A stretch of 64,000 nucleotides of DNA from an uncultured bacterium (GTDB lineage Bacteria > Krumholzibacteriota > Krumholzibacteriia > LZORAL124-64-63): NCBI GenBank assembly GCA_963732385.1, contig CAVSZB010000007.1, forward strand, positions 224,001-288,000, given 5' to 3'. The translations under genes and the position numbers were made by a program. The notes beneath the pieces are model-generated. The model ran no database searches and was not told where the DNA came from. It was given only the letters and a program-made list of their open reading frames with translations. Numbering within the stretch: position 1 is the stretch's first letter; each line of letters opens with the position of its first letter. Shown here piece by piece: positions 52,115-61,829 of the stretch.

Positions 52115-52605
52115 GCGGCGCCTCCGCAGCGCCGGCCCCGATCATTTCGCGCGCGGCGTTGGCGGCGTGGGCCGAGCGGCAGCGCGCGGACGGGCGCACG
52201 ATCGTCTTCACGAACGGCTGTTTCGACCTTCTGCATCGCGGCCATGTGGAGAGCCTGGCGGAGGCGGCGGCAGAGGGGGATCTGCTGCTCGTCGCGATCA
52301 ACGCAGACGCCTCGGTGCGTGCGCTCAAGGGGCCGGAGCGGCCCCTGGTGCCTGAGGCGGAGCGGGCCGCGGTGCTGGCCGCCTTGCGCGCGGTGGGGGC
52401 GGTCACTATTTTCCCCGAGCCGACGCCGCTGGAAACGATCCTGCTCGTTCAGCCGGCGGTACTCGTCAAGGGCGCTGAATACGCTCCGGAAGAGATCGTC
52501 GGCGGCCATGAGGTGCAGTCCTGGGGTGGACGCGTGGTGCGGATCGCCATGCGCGCCGGGTTCTCGACCTCCGGTCTCCTCGCCCAGATCAAACGGTCGC
52601 GCTGA
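52111..52605 (+). CDS. hldC: D-glycero-beta-D-manno-heptose-1-phosphate adenylyltransferase (RfaE domain II)
   Basis: VFTNGCFDLLHRGH, N.D.SV..LKG..RP, STS. Confidence 0.93.
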   Translation: MSGASAAPAPIISRAALAAWAERQRADGRTIVFTNGCFDLLHRGHVESLAEAAAEGDLLLVAINADASVRALKGPERPLVPEAERAAVLAALRAVGAVTIFPEPTPLETILLVQPAVLVKGAEYAPEEIVGGHEVQSWGGRVVRIAMRAGFSTSGLLAQIKRSR

Positions 52606-52682
52606 GCGCGCGCCGTCTCCGTCCGGATCCGGCGGGATGCGGTCCCGGGCCCGGCTACCCGTCAAACTTGGAGGAGTGGCCA

Positions 52683-53999
52683 ATGCCCAGGGAGAAGATC
52701 ATTATCATCGGCGCCGCCGGGCGCGACTTCCACAATTTCAACTGCGTCTTCCGCGACAACGAGGCGTACGAAGTCGTCGCCTTCACCGCCGCGCAGATCC
52801 CCGACATCGCGGGGCGGGTCTATCCGGCCGCGCTGGCCGGCCGCCTGTACCCGAAGGGGATCCCGATCGCGGCCGAGTCGGAGCTGCCGGAGCTGATCGC
52901 CAGCCACGGCGTGGAGTGCTGCGTGTTCTCGTACAGCGACGTCGCCTACGAGGACGTCATGCACAAGGCGGCCCTGGTCAACGCCTGCGGGAGCGATTTC
53001 AAGCTGCTCGGCGAGCGGCTCACCCAGCTCAAGAGCAGCAAGCCGGTCATCAGCATCTGCGCGGTCCGCACCGGCTGCGGGAAGAGCCAGACCACCCGCC
53101 GGGTGAGCGCCATCCTGCGCGCGGCCGGCAAGCGGGTCGTGGCTGTGCGCCATCCGATGCCGTACGGGGATCTGGTCCAGCAGAAGGTTCAGCGGTTCGC
53201 CACCCTTGAGGATCTGAAGCGCCACCACTGTACGATCGAGGAGATGGAGGAGTACGAGCCGCACATCGTGGCCGGCACGATCGTCTACGCCGGCGTCGAT
53301 TATGCGGCGATCCTCGCCGAGGCGGAGAAGGAGGCCGACGTGGTGCTCTGGGACGGTGGCAACAACGACACGCCGTTCTTCAGGAGCGACCTGCATATCG
53401 TTGTGGCCGATCCGCACCGCGCCGGGCACGAGGTGGGCTACTACCCCGGCGAAACGAACGTCCGCCTGGCCGATGTGGTCATCATCAACAAGGTCGTCGA
53501 GGCGCAGTTCGAAAACATCGAAGAGGTGCGCGCGAACGTGCGCCGGATCAACCCGGGCTGCGCGATCATCGAGGCGGCTTCGCCGCTCACCGTCAGCGAT
53601 CCGTCCCTGATCGAAGGTCGGAAGGTGCTCGTCGTCGAGGACGGGCCGACCCTCACGCATGGCGGCATGAGCTACGGCGCGGGGGTTGTGGCGGCCATGC
53701 GCTACGGCGCGGCCGAGCTGGTCGATCCGCGCCCCTACGTCACCGGCAGGATCGCCCAGACCTTCGCCACCTACCCCGAAATCGGCACCCTGCTGCCCGC
53801 GATGGGTTATGGCGAGGAGCAGATGCGTGATCTCGAGCGGACCATCGAGGCGGTGGAGTGCGACACCGTCGTCATCGGCACTCCCATCGACCTGACGCGC
53901 ATCATCAAGATCCGCAAACCGACGGTGCGGATCGGTTACGAACTGCAGGAGATCGGGCGGCCGGATCTGCCCGAGCTGCTGGCGCCCTTCACGAAGTAG
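52683..53999 (+). CDS. Cyclic 2,3-diphosphoglycerate synthetase-like P-loop protein (COG2403)
   Basis: GAAGRDFHNFN, FTAAQIP, AVRTGCGKSQT, RHPMPYG, EEMEEYEPH, WDGGNND, EDGPTLTHG. Confidence 0.85.
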   Translation: MPREKIIIIGAAGRDFHNFNCVFRDNEAYEVVAFTAAQIPDIAGRVYPAALAGRLYPKGIPIAAESELPELIASHGVECCVFSYSDVAYEDVMHKAALVNACGSDFKLLGERLTQLKSSKPVISICAVRTGCGKSQTTRRVSAILRAAGKRVVAVRHPMPYGDLVQQKVQRFATLEDLKRHHCTIEEMEEYEPHIVAGTIVYAGVDYAAILAEAEKEADVVLWDGGNNDTPFFRSDLHIVVADPHRAGHEVGYYPGETNVRLADVVIINKVVEAQFENIEEVRANVRRINPGCAIIEAASPLTVSDPSLIEGRKVLVVEDGPTLTHGGMSYGAGVVAAMRYGAAELVDPRPYVTGRIAQTFATYPEIGTLLPAMGYGEEQMRDLERTIEAVECDTVVIGTPIDLTRIIKIRKPTVRIGYELQEIGRPDLPELLAPFTK

Positions 54000-54003
54000 C
54001 GAC

Positions 54004-54038
54004 GGCGAGGGGGGCGCCCGCAGGGCTCCCCCCTCGCC
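54004..54038 (+). terminator. Long GC hairpin before sucC (no U-tract)
   Basis: GGCGAGGGGGGCGCCC-GCA-GGGCTCCCCCCTCGCC, 15 of 16 bp paired. Confidence 0.5.
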
Positions 54039-54052
54039 AGCGGAGGTGCCCT

Positions 54053-55195
54053 GTGAACATCCACGAGTATCAGGCGCGTGACATTTTCCGTGGCCACGGC
54101 CTGCCGGTGCCGGAAGGGCGCGTGGCGACGACGGCCGACGAGGCGGTCACGCACGCCGCGGCGCTCGGGCTGCCGGTCATGGTCAAGGCGCAGGTGCTGA
54201 CCGGTGGGCGCGGCAAGGCGGGCGGAGTGAAGTTCTGCCCGACGGAAGCGGACGTCCGGAAGCACGCCGGGGCGATCCTCGGCATGGACATCAAGGGGCA
54301 CACGGTGCGCCGCGTTCTGGTAACGCCGGCCGCCGACATCGCGACCGAGTTCTACCTCGGCGTGCTCATCGACCGCCGCACCAGACGCCCCCTGGTGATT
54401 GCCAGCGCGGCGGGTGGCGTGGATATCGAAGAGGTCGCGCGCACTGCGCCGGAAAAGATCATCCAGCACACCATCGACCCGCGCTACGGCCTGCTCGACC
54501 ACGAGGCGCTGGCGCTCGGCCTCCGGCTGGCGCCGGGCGACCTGCCGCGCGCCCGCCAGCTTGGCGCCGCGCTGCAGAAGCTCTACATCGCCTTCCTCGC
54601 CGCGGACGCGAGCCTGGCGGAGATCAACCCGTTCATTTTCACCCCCGACGGCCGGGGGCTGGCCATCGACGCCAAGGTCAACCTCGATGACAACGCGCTC
54701 GACCGGCATCCCGACTATCCGGCGCTGCGCGATCTCGATGCCGAGGATGCGGCGGAGCGGGCGGCGCGCGAGGCGGGGTTGTCGTTCGTCAAGCTTGACG
54801 GCAACGTCGGCTGTCTCGTCAACGGGGCGGGGCTGGCGATGGCCACCATGGATCTCGTCCAGTATTACGGCGGCATGCCGGCCAATTTCCTGGACATCGG
54901 CGGCAGCTCCAACCCGGAGAAGGTCGTCAACGCGCTGCGCATCATCCTGGGCGATCCGCGCGTGGAAGTGATTCTCTTCAATATCTTCGGCGGGATCACC
55001 CGGTGCGATGACGTGGCTGCGGGTATTATCGAGGCGACCCGGCGACTGCAGATCCGCGTGCCAATCGTGGTACGGCTGACCGGCACCAACGAGGAGGAGG
55101 CACGCCGTCTGCTCGCCGACACACCGCTGGTGCCGGCTGCCACTATGGACGAAGCGGTCAAGAAAGCGCTCGAACTTGCTGCCGTAAAGCATTAA
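54053..55195 (+). CDS. sucC: Succinyl-CoA synthetase beta subunit
   Basis: NIHEYQA, KAQV..GGRGKAGGV, EINP, NGAGLAMATMD, NIFGGI.RCD. Confidence 0.97.
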   Translation: MNIHEYQARDIFRGHGLPVPEGRVATTADEAVTHAAALGLPVMVKAQVLTGGRGKAGGVKFCPTEADVRKHAGAILGMDIKGHTVRRVLVTPAADIATEFYLGVLIDRRTRRPLVIASAAGGVDIEEVARTAPEKIIQHTIDPRYGLLDHEALALGLRLAPGDLPRARQLGAALQKLYIAFLAADASLAEINPFIFTPDGRGLAIDAKVNLDDNALDRHPDYPALRDLDAEDAAERAAREAGLSFVKLDGNVGCLVNGAGLAMATMDLVQYYGGMPANFLDIGGSSNPEKVVNALRIILGDPRVEVILFNIFGGITRCDDVAAGIIEATRRLQIRVPIVVRLTGTNEEEARRLLADTPLVPAATMDEAVKKALELAAVKH

Positions 55196-55240
55196 TCATC
55201 AGAAACTTATGCGCTCGTTGCGAGCGACAGGGAGCGGGGC

Positions 55241-56122
55241 ATGGCGATCTATTGCGACGCTTCGACAAAGGTCCTGGTCCAGGGGATCACCGGACGCGAC
55301 GGCAGTTTTCACACCCGGTCGATGCTGGCCTATGGCACCAGGGTCGTGGCCGGGGTGACCCCCGGCAAGGGGGGGCAGACCTTCGAGGGGACAGTCCCGG
55401 TATTCGACACCGTGGCCGAGGCGGTGGCGGCCACGGGAGCCGAGGCCTCGGTCGTGTTCGTGCCGCCCCCGGCCGCAGCGGGCGCCGTCTGCGAGGCGGC
55501 GGACGCCGGGTGCCGGCTGGTCGTCTGCATCACCGAGGGGGTGCCGGTTCGAGACATGCTGAGGGTGATGCCCTACGTGCAGGAGCGCGGCGCGCGGCTC
55601 ATCGGTCCGAACTGCCCCGGCCTGATCTGCCCCGGACAGACGAAACTGGGCATCCTGCCGACGAACATCGTCAAGCCGGGCGGTGTGGGAGTGGTGTCAC
55701 GCAGCGGCACCCTAACCTACGAGGTCGTCTTCCAGTTGACGCAGGCCGGCCTGGGGCAGTCGACCTGTCTGGGCATCGGCGGAGACCCGGTCATCGGCAC
55801 CGATTTTCTCGACGCGCTGGCCGCCTTCGCCCAGGATCCTGCCACCCGGGCGCTCGTGCTGATCGGTGAGATCGGTGGCGACGCCGAGGAGCGGGCCGCG
55901 CAGTTCATCAAGGAAAACCTGAAGATCCCGGTGGTGGCCTTCATTGCCGGACGCACCGCTCCGCCCGGGAAGCGGATGGGGCACGCGGGCGCCATCGTGA
56001 CCGGCGGGGGTGGCACGGCGGCGGACAAGGAGAAGGCGCTGGCCGCAGTCGGCATCCCCGTCGCCGCGCGGCCGGCCGATATCGTGCCCAGGCTCCGGGA
56101 AATCTGGCGGGACGCCAGTTGA
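55241..56122 (+). CDS. sucD: Succinyl-CoA synthetase alpha subunit
   Basis: [33 protein letters not shown]. Confidence 0.97.
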   Translation: MAIYCDASTKVLVQGITGRDGSFHTRSMLAYGTRVVAGVTPGKGGQTFEGTVPVFDTVAEAVAATGAEASVVFVPPPAAAGAVCEAADAGCRLVVCITEGVPVRDMLRVMPYVQERGARLIGPNCPGLICPGQTKLGILPTNIVKPGGVGVVSRSGTLTYEVVFQLTQAGLGQSTCLGIGGDPVIGTDFLDALAAFAQDPATRALVLIGEIGGDAEERAAQFIKENLKIPVVAFIAGRTAPPGKRMGHAGAIVTGGGGTAADKEKALAAVGIPVAARPADIVPRLREIWRDAS

Positions 56123-56145
56123 GCGCTCCTGCGGCGGGAGGCCAC

Positions 56146-56580
56146 ATGTCCGATACCTATATGATGATCAAACCCGAAGTGGTGCGCGCCGGCGACCAGA
56201 AGATCGGTGCCATTATCGAATTGGTGCAGCGCAGCGGCTTCCGGATCCGCAATCTGGCGCTGCGCCGCTTCGACCGGGCGCTGGCCGGGGAATTCTATGC
56301 TGTGCACCGCGAACGGCCGTTTTTCGACGCACTCGTGGCATACATCGTTTCCGGCCCGGTGGTGTGCATCCACCTCGAACGGGAGGACGCGGTGCGGCGG
56401 CTGCGCGAACTGGTCGGCGCCACCAATCCGGGCGAAGCCTCGGCCGGAACTCTGCGCTTCCTCTACGGCACTTCGTTGCAGGAGAACGCGGTCCATGCCT
56501 CGGATTCCGATGCCAACGCGGCCCTGGAGATCGGTCTCGTTTTCGGCGGGACAGCCCCGGGTTCGGCGTCGGAAACTTGA
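56146..56580 (+). CDS. ndk: Nucleoside-diphosphate kinase
   Basis: MIKP, FYAVHRERPFF, GATNP, NAVHASDS. Confidence 0.95.
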   Translation: MSDTYMMIKPEVVRAGDQKIGAIIELVQRSGFRIRNLALRRFDRALAGEFYAVHRERPFFDALVAYIVSGPVVCIHLEREDAVRRLRELVGATNPGEASAGTLRFLYGTSLQENAVHASDSDANAALEIGLVFGGTAPGSASET

Positions 56581-56605
56581 CAGCGCGTCGGAAGCCGTTT
56601 AGTGT
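56577..56605 (+). promoter_or_regulatory. Sigma70 promoter for the yceD-rpmF-plsX-fab operon
   Basis: TTGACA (overlapping the ndk stop codon)-N17-TAGTGT, 12 nt before ATG 56618. Confidence 0.65.
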
Positions 56606-56617
56606 AACGCGCTTGCC

Positions 56618-57103
56618 ATGAAGCTCGATCTCGACAGGCAGGGTCCGGGCTGTACGCTCCTGGATGTGGATGAACGCCTGCCCACGGGGGCTCCTGCGCC
56701 ATTGCCGGCCACTGTGGGACTGCGCGGACGCCTGACGGTGGACAACCTCGAGAGTCGGGTGCTGGTGACCGGCGTGCTGGCCGGCGATGCGGTCGCGGTT
56801 TGCGATCGCTGCCTGGCGGACTTCACGTGCGGTTTCGAGACGGTGGTCGAGATCGTGGTCCTGCGCGATCCCACCTCCAATGAGGATGAACTGGATTCCT
56901 GGGTGATCCATGAACGCAGCAGCGAGGTCGATCTCGACGAGTCGCTGCGCGAGGCGGCCCTGCTGGGGCTGCCGCTGAAGTTTCTCTGCGCCGACACGTG
57001 CCGGGGTCTCTGCCCGCAGTGTGGCGCCAACCGGAACCGGGAGTCTTGCGCCTGCGCGCAGGACGAGACCGATTCACGCTGGGATGAGCTGCCCGGCGAG
57101 TAG
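56618..57103 (+). CDS. yceD: DUF177/YceD family protein
   Basis: CDRCL, LC...CRGLCPQCG.N.N, DSRW; upstream of rpmF. Confidence 0.9.
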   Translation: MKLDLDRQGPGCTLLDVDERLPTGAPAPLPATVGLRGRLTVDNLESRVLVTGVLAGDAVAVCDRCLADFTCGFETVVEIVVLRDPTSNEDELDSWVIHERSSEVDLDESLREAALLGLPLKFLCADTCRGLCPQCGANRNRESCACAQDETDSRWDELPGE

Positions 57104-57152
57104 AATGCCGGGGCTCTCCCCGGCGCCGTAGCGATGCGAAAAGAGGATTGTC

Positions 57153-57332
57153 ATGGCTGTTCCGAAGAAACAGACGTCCCACTCCCGTCAGGGCATGCGC
57201 CGGTCGCACTGGCACCTGACCGCCCCCAATGCCACCCGCTGTGCCCATTGCGAGGCGCCCTGCCGACCGCATCGTGTGTGCCGCGAGTGCGGCCACTATG
57301 GCGAGCGCGAGGTCGTGGTGGTCAAATCGTGA
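57153..57332 (+). CDS. rpmF: 50S ribosomal protein L32 (Zn-ribbon form); absent from the ORF track
   Basis: My translation: MAVPKKQTSHSRQGMRRSHWHLTAPNATRCAHCEAPCRPHRVCRECGHYGEREVVVVKS; AGAGGA RBS. Confidence 0.95.
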   Translation: MAVPKKQTSHSRQGMRRSHWHLTAPNATRCAHCEAPCRPHRVCRECGHYGEREVVVVKS

Positions 57333-57392
57333 CAGCCGTCGGGGCCCTGACCGGCCTTGCGTCGCGTGGCCGCCGCCGCGGAGCTGGTTGAG

Positions 57393-58397
57393 GTGGCGAG
57401 CCGCGTCGAGCGGATCCCGATTATTGCCGTCGATGCGATGGGCGGTGATTTCGGTCCCGGCGTGGTGGTGCCGGGGGCCGTGGATGCCGTGCGCGAAGAG
57501 GGGGGCTTCACCCTCGTGCTGTACGGCGACGAATTGGCCATTCGCGCGGCCCTGGCCGGGCTCGACACCACCGATCTGCCGATCCAGGTTCACGCCTGCG
57601 GGCAGGCCATCGCCATGGGTGAGCCCGCCGCCGCCGCCATCCGCAACAAGCCCGATTCCTCAATCGTGCGCGCCATCACCGACCACAGGGCCGGCGCGGT
57701 GGACGGTTTTGTCAGCGCCGGCAGCACCGGCGCGATCGTGGCGGCCAGCCTGATCATCCTCGGCCGGCTCGCTGCGGTGGACCGCCCCGCGATAGCTTCG
57801 CGCATTCCGACCGTCAGCGGCCACTGCCTGCTGCTCGACATTGGCGCCAACGTACAGTGCACGCCCCAGCATCTGCTCACCTTCGCGCAGATGGGCGATG
57901 TCTACGCGCGCGAGATGCTCGGACTCGCGGCGCCGCGAGTGGCCTTGCTGAACAATGGTGAAGAGGAGACCAAGGGGACCGAGGTGACTGTGGCGGCCCA
58001 TCGCCTGCTGCGCGCCTCGGCCCTGAATTTCGTTGGCAATCTCGAGGGACGGCGGCTGATGCACGGCGACGCTGACGTCGTGGTCACCGACGGCTTCACC
58101 GGCAACGTGGCGCTCAAGTTGATCGAGGGTATGGCGCCGTTCCTCCAGAACGTGGCGGAACGGCGGTTCTCGCCGGAGGAGCGCGCCGAGGTGTTGCCGG
58201 CCCTGCGGATCCTGCAGGCACGCCTGGACTATGCCGACTACGGGGGCGCCCTGCTGTTGGGCATCGCCGGCGTGAGCGTGATCGCCCACGGCGCCAGTTC
58301 ACGTCGCGCGGTGCGCAATGCCGTGCTGGCGGGGGCCCAGCTGGCCGGCCGCGACATTCCTGCCCGGCTCGGCGCGCGCCTGGCCGCCGGCTCCTGA
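57393..58397 (+). CDS. plsX: Phosphate acyltransferase PlsX (start uncertain)
   Basis: IAVDAMGGDFGP, SAGSTGA, DRPAI, LDIGAN, DGFTGN, GGALLLG, HGAS. Confidence 0.95.
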   Translation: MASRVERIPIIAVDAMGGDFGPGVVVPGAVDAVREEGGFTLVLYGDELAIRAALAGLDTTDLPIQVHACGQAIAMGEPAAAAIRNKPDSSIVRAITDHRAGAVDGFVSAGSTGAIVAASLIILGRLAAVDRPAIASRIPTVSGHCLLLDIGANVQCTPQHLLTFAQMGDVYAREMLGLAAPRVALLNNGEEETKGTEVTVAAHRLLRASALNFVGNLEGRRLMHGDADVVVTDGFTGNVALKLIEGMAPFLQNVAERRFSPEERAEVLPALRILQARLDYADYGGALLLGIAGVSVIAHGASSRRAVRNAVLAGAQLAGRDIPARLGARLAAGS

Positions 58398-58429
58398 CCA
58401 GCCGTCCGCGCGCAGCCAGGGAGGGTTGC

Positions 58430-59392
58430 ATGCACCGACTGCCGATGCTCTTCCCGGGACAGGCTTCCCAGACCGTCGGCATGGCCGCCGATCTGGCGGT
58501 GCGGCCCGGTCCTGGCGCCGATTTTCTCGCCCGCGTTGACGACATCCTCGGCTTTGCGCTGACGCGCATCATGTGGGACGGGCCGGCAGCGGCCCTTGTG
58601 GAAACACGGCATGCCCAGCCCGCCATCTTCGCCCACTCCGTGGCCGTTCTGCTCGAGCTGCGCGCGCGGGGGGTGGAGCCGACCGCGGTCGCCGGCCACT
58701 CGCTCGGGGAGTACGCGGCGGCGGTGGCGGCCGGTTCTCTTGATCCCGCCGACGGTCTGCGTCTGGTGCATCGGCGTGGCGAACTGATGTTCGCGGCCGG
58801 CCGTGAGTGTCCCGGCGCGATGTCCGCGGTCATGGGACTGTCCGCCTCGCGCGTGGCTGAAGTCTGCGCGGAGGTGAGCCGCGAGGTCGGTGTGGTCGTG
58901 CTGGCGAACCACAATTCCGCCGATCAGGTCGCGATCTCGGGGGAAACGGCAGCGGTCCAGGCGGCCGGCCCGCGGTTGACCGCCGCGGGCGCGAAGCGGG
59001 TCATCCCGCTGCCGGTCAGTGGCGCCTTCCATTCGCCCCTGCTCGCGGGAGCCGCCGCGCTCTTCGCACAGGAACTGCGGGCGGTCGTATTCGCCGAACC
59101 GCGGGTGCCCCTGTACGCGAACGTCAGCGCGGAACCGGTAACGACCGCCGCGGTCCTGCGCGACGGGCTGGCCCGGCAGTTGACTGCCCCGGTGCTGTGG
59201 CATGACAGTCTGGCGGCGATGCTGGGTGCCGCGCCGGCCGGCGGGACGGCACGCCTGTTCCTGGAGGTTGGTCCGGGGCAGGTGCTCAGCAACCTCGCCA
59301 GGCGGGCCTGGCGTGACGCGCGGTTCCTGCCGGTCGGGACGTTGGCCGATCTGGACAAGATCATGGACAGCCTCGCGGCGCCCCTGACATAA
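58430..59392 (+). CDS. fabD: Malonyl-CoA:ACP transacylase
   Basis: FPGQ, QPAI, GHSLGEY, VSGAFHS, EVGPG. Confidence 0.95.
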   Translation: MHRLPMLFPGQASQTVGMAADLAVRPGPGADFLARVDDILGFALTRIMWDGPAAALVETRHAQPAIFAHSVAVLLELRARGVEPTAVAGHSLGEYAAAVAAGSLDPADGLRLVHRRGELMFAAGRECPGAMSAVMGLSASRVAEVCAEVSREVGVVVLANHNSADQVAISGETAAVQAAGPRLTAAGAKRVIPLPVSGAFHSPLLAGAAALFAQELRAVVFAEPRVPLYANVSAEPVTTAAVLRDGLARQLTAPVLWHDSLAAMLGAAPAGGTARLFLEVGPGQVLSNLARRAWRDARFLPVGTLADLDKIMDSLAAPLT

Positions 59393-59446
59393 TGCCGAGT
59401 CGAGGTCGGGCAAGGCCGGTCGTGAACCGGGAGGGAGGCTGAGCGG

Positions 59447-60178
59447 ATGGCGAATGGAACGGCGCTTATCACCGGCGCGAGTCGCGGCATCGGTCTGGCT
59501 ATTGCTCGGCGCCTTGCCTCCGACGGCTGGAATCTGGCCCTGGTGGCTCGCGACGAAGCGCGCCTGCGGGAGAGCGTGGCGACGTTGCCGGAGGGGACGC
59601 GGGCCATGACCTGGGCCTGCGACGTGGCGGACGGGGAGCAGGTCGCGCGCGTCGTCGCCGCCGCCGCCGCTGAATTCGGCGCCATCGAGGCGCTGATCAA
59701 CAACGCCGGCGTCACGGCCGACGCGCTGATCATGCGCATGTCCGCGGCGCAGTGGCGGCAGGTGATCGACATCAACCTCACCGGGACCTTCAACTTTACA
59801 AAGGCGGTCGCCCCGCTTATGATGCGGCAGCGTCAGGGGCGGATCGTCAACATCACCTCGGTGATCGGGCTTTCCGGCAATGCGGGGCAGGCTAATTACG
59901 CGGCCAGCAAGGCAGGCATCATCGCGTTGACCAAGTCGGTGGCGCGTGAACTGGCCGGCCGCCAGGTGACGGCCAACGCAGTGGCTCCCGGTTTCATCAC
60001 GACTGACATGACGGCCGGCCTGAACGAACAGATCAGGGCGGAGATGCTGAGGAACATCCCGCTGAAGCGCTTCGGCGAGGGGGCGGACGTGGCAGGCGTG
60101 GTGGCGTTCCTGCTCTCTCCCGACGCTGCCTACGTGACCGGGCAGACGATTGTGTGTGACGGTGGCATGACCATGTGA
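59447..60178 (+). CDS. fabG: 3-oxoacyl-ACP reductase
   Basis: [31 protein letters not shown]. Confidence 0.95.
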   Translation: MANGTALITGASRGIGLAIARRLASDGWNLALVARDEARLRESVATLPEGTRAMTWACDVADGEQVARVVAAAAAEFGAIEALINNAGVTADALIMRMSAAQWRQVIDINLTGTFNFTKAVAPLMMRQRQGRIVNITSVIGLSGNAGQANYAASKAGIIALTKSVARELAGRQVTANAVAPGFITTDMTAGLNEQIRAEMLRNIPLKRFGEGADVAGVVAFLLSPDAAYVTGQTIVCDGGMTM

Positions 60179-60218
60179 TTTTCAGTTCGACGACGACTTT
60201 CAGGAGGAATACGTTGCC

Positions 60219-60461
60219 ATGAGTTCCATTCGCGAGAAGGTCTACGAGATCATCGAGAGAAAACTGTCGGTCAACCCTGAGCAGATCACGCCGGAGGCTT
60301 CGTTCACGGATGATCTGGGGGCGGACTCGCTCGACACCGTCGAACTGGTGATGGACCTCGAAGAGGTTTTCAACATCACGATCCCGGAAGAGGATCAGGA
60401 AAAACTGCGTACCGTGCAGGACGCGATCGACTATCTGGAATCCCATCTGGAGCCCAAGTAG
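60219..60461 (+). CDS. acpP: Acyl carrier protein
   Basis: [14 protein letters not shown]. Confidence 0.97.
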   Translation: MSSIREKVYEIIERKLSVNPEQITPEASFTDDLGADSLDTVELVMDLEEVFNITIPEEDQEKLRTVQDAIDYLESHLEPK

Positions 60462-60468
60462 TCTCGTC

Positions 60469-60498
60469 TCGGCGCGCAGGCGAGCACCTGCGCCCCGA
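60469..60498 (+). other. Hairpin after acpP
   Basis: TCGGCGCGCAGG-N6-CCTGCGCCCCGA (11 of 12 bp paired). Confidence 0.4.
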
Positions 60499-60566
60499 CC
60501 AGGCCGTCGTTCGCTAGCCGTGCGGGACCGGTATTCCTGTGCCGATCGCAGCCCCAAGGAGACGGG

Positions 60567-61802
60567 ATGGAGCGTCGCAGGGTCGTTGTCACTGGCATCG
60601 GGCTTGTCACTTCGGTGGGCCTGACCCGCCAGACTTCGTGGGAGGGACTGGTGGCGGGCCGCAACGGGGTGGGCCCCATCACCGCGTTTCCCACGGACGG
60701 CTATCGAACGACTTTCGCAGCCGAGGCGAAGGGTTTCGACCCCCTCGTCGCCATGGACGCGAAGGATGCCCGCAAGGCCGATCGTTTCTGTCAGTTGGCG
60801 CTCGTTGCGGCGGCCGAGGCGATGGCGCAGGCCGAGCCCGGTGCGGTCGATCCTTTCCGCGCCGGCGTCATCATTGGCTCCGGCATCGGTGGCATGCAGA
60901 CTTTCGAGGAGCAGCATCAGAAACTGCTCGAGCGTGGGCCCTCGCGCGTGTCGCCCCTGTTCATCCCGATGCTCATCTCTGACATGGCCGCCGGTCTGGT
61001 CTCCATCCGCTACGGTTACCGCGGACCCAACTTCTGCACCGTGTCGGCCTGTGCCTCCAGTGGCCACGCCCTGGCCGGAGCCTTCGATATGATCCGCCTC
61101 GGTCAGGCCGACGTCATGATCACCGGCGGCAGCGAAGCGAGTGTCTGTCCTTCGGCGCTCGCCGGTTTTGGCGCCATGAAGGCGCTCTCGGCCCGCAACG
61201 AGGCTCCCGAGAGCGCGAGCCGCCCGTTCGACGCCGGGCGGGACGGCTTCGTCCTGGGCGAAGGAGCGGGCATTCTCATTCTGGAATCGTCGGACCACGC
61301 CCTGGCGCGCGGCGCCCCCATCATCTGCGAACTGGCCGGCTACGGGGCCACGGCCGACGCCTTCCACATGACGCAGCCCGACGAGGATGGCGCCGGCGCC
61401 CGCATGGCCATGACGAACGCCCTGGCCTGCGCCGGGGTGGCGCTCGAGGATGTCGGCTACATCAACGCGCACGGAACCTCCACGCACTACAACGACAAGA
61501 TCGAAAGCAAGGCGATCAGGGACCTGTTCGGCCCCCTGGCGCCGAAGGTCGCGGTCAGTTCCTGCAAGTCGATGATCGGCCACCTGCTCGGCGCTGCAGG
61601 GGCTGTGGAGGCCGCGGCGACGGCCCTCGCGCTCAAGGAGGGGGTTCTGCCGCCGACCATCAATTACGAAAGTCCTGATCCGGAGTGCGACCTCGATTAC
61701 TGTCCCAACCGGGCGGTGACACGCCAGGTCGAGGTCGCCCTCTCGAACTCTTTTGGGTTCGGCGGTCACAACGTTTCCCTTTGCCTCCGGACCTGGCGCT
61801 AG
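60567..61802 (+). CDS. fabF: Beta-ketoacyl-ACP synthase II
   Basis: VVVTG, SACAS, NAHGTST, KSMIGH, NSFGFGGHN. Confidence 0.96.
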   Translation: MERRRVVVTGIGLVTSVGLTRQTSWEGLVAGRNGVGPITAFPTDGYRTTFAAEAKGFDPLVAMDAKDARKADRFCQLALVAAAEAMAQAEPGAVDPFRAGVIIGSGIGGMQTFEEQHQKLLERGPSRVSPLFIPMLISDMAAGLVSIRYGYRGPNFCTVSACASSGHALAGAFDMIRLGQADVMITGGSEASVCPSALAGFGAMKALSARNEAPESASRPFDAGRDGFVLGEGAGILILESSDHALARGAPIICELAGYGATADAFHMTQPDEDGAGARMAMTNALACAGVALEDVGYINAHGTSTHYNDKIESKAIRDLFGPLAPKVAVSSCKSMIGHLLGAAGAVEAAATALALKEGVLPPTINYESPDPECDLDYCPNRAVTRQVEVALSNSFGFGGHNVSLCLRTWR

Positions 61803-61829
61803 AAGAGGCGGGTGGTCTGATCGCGCGCG

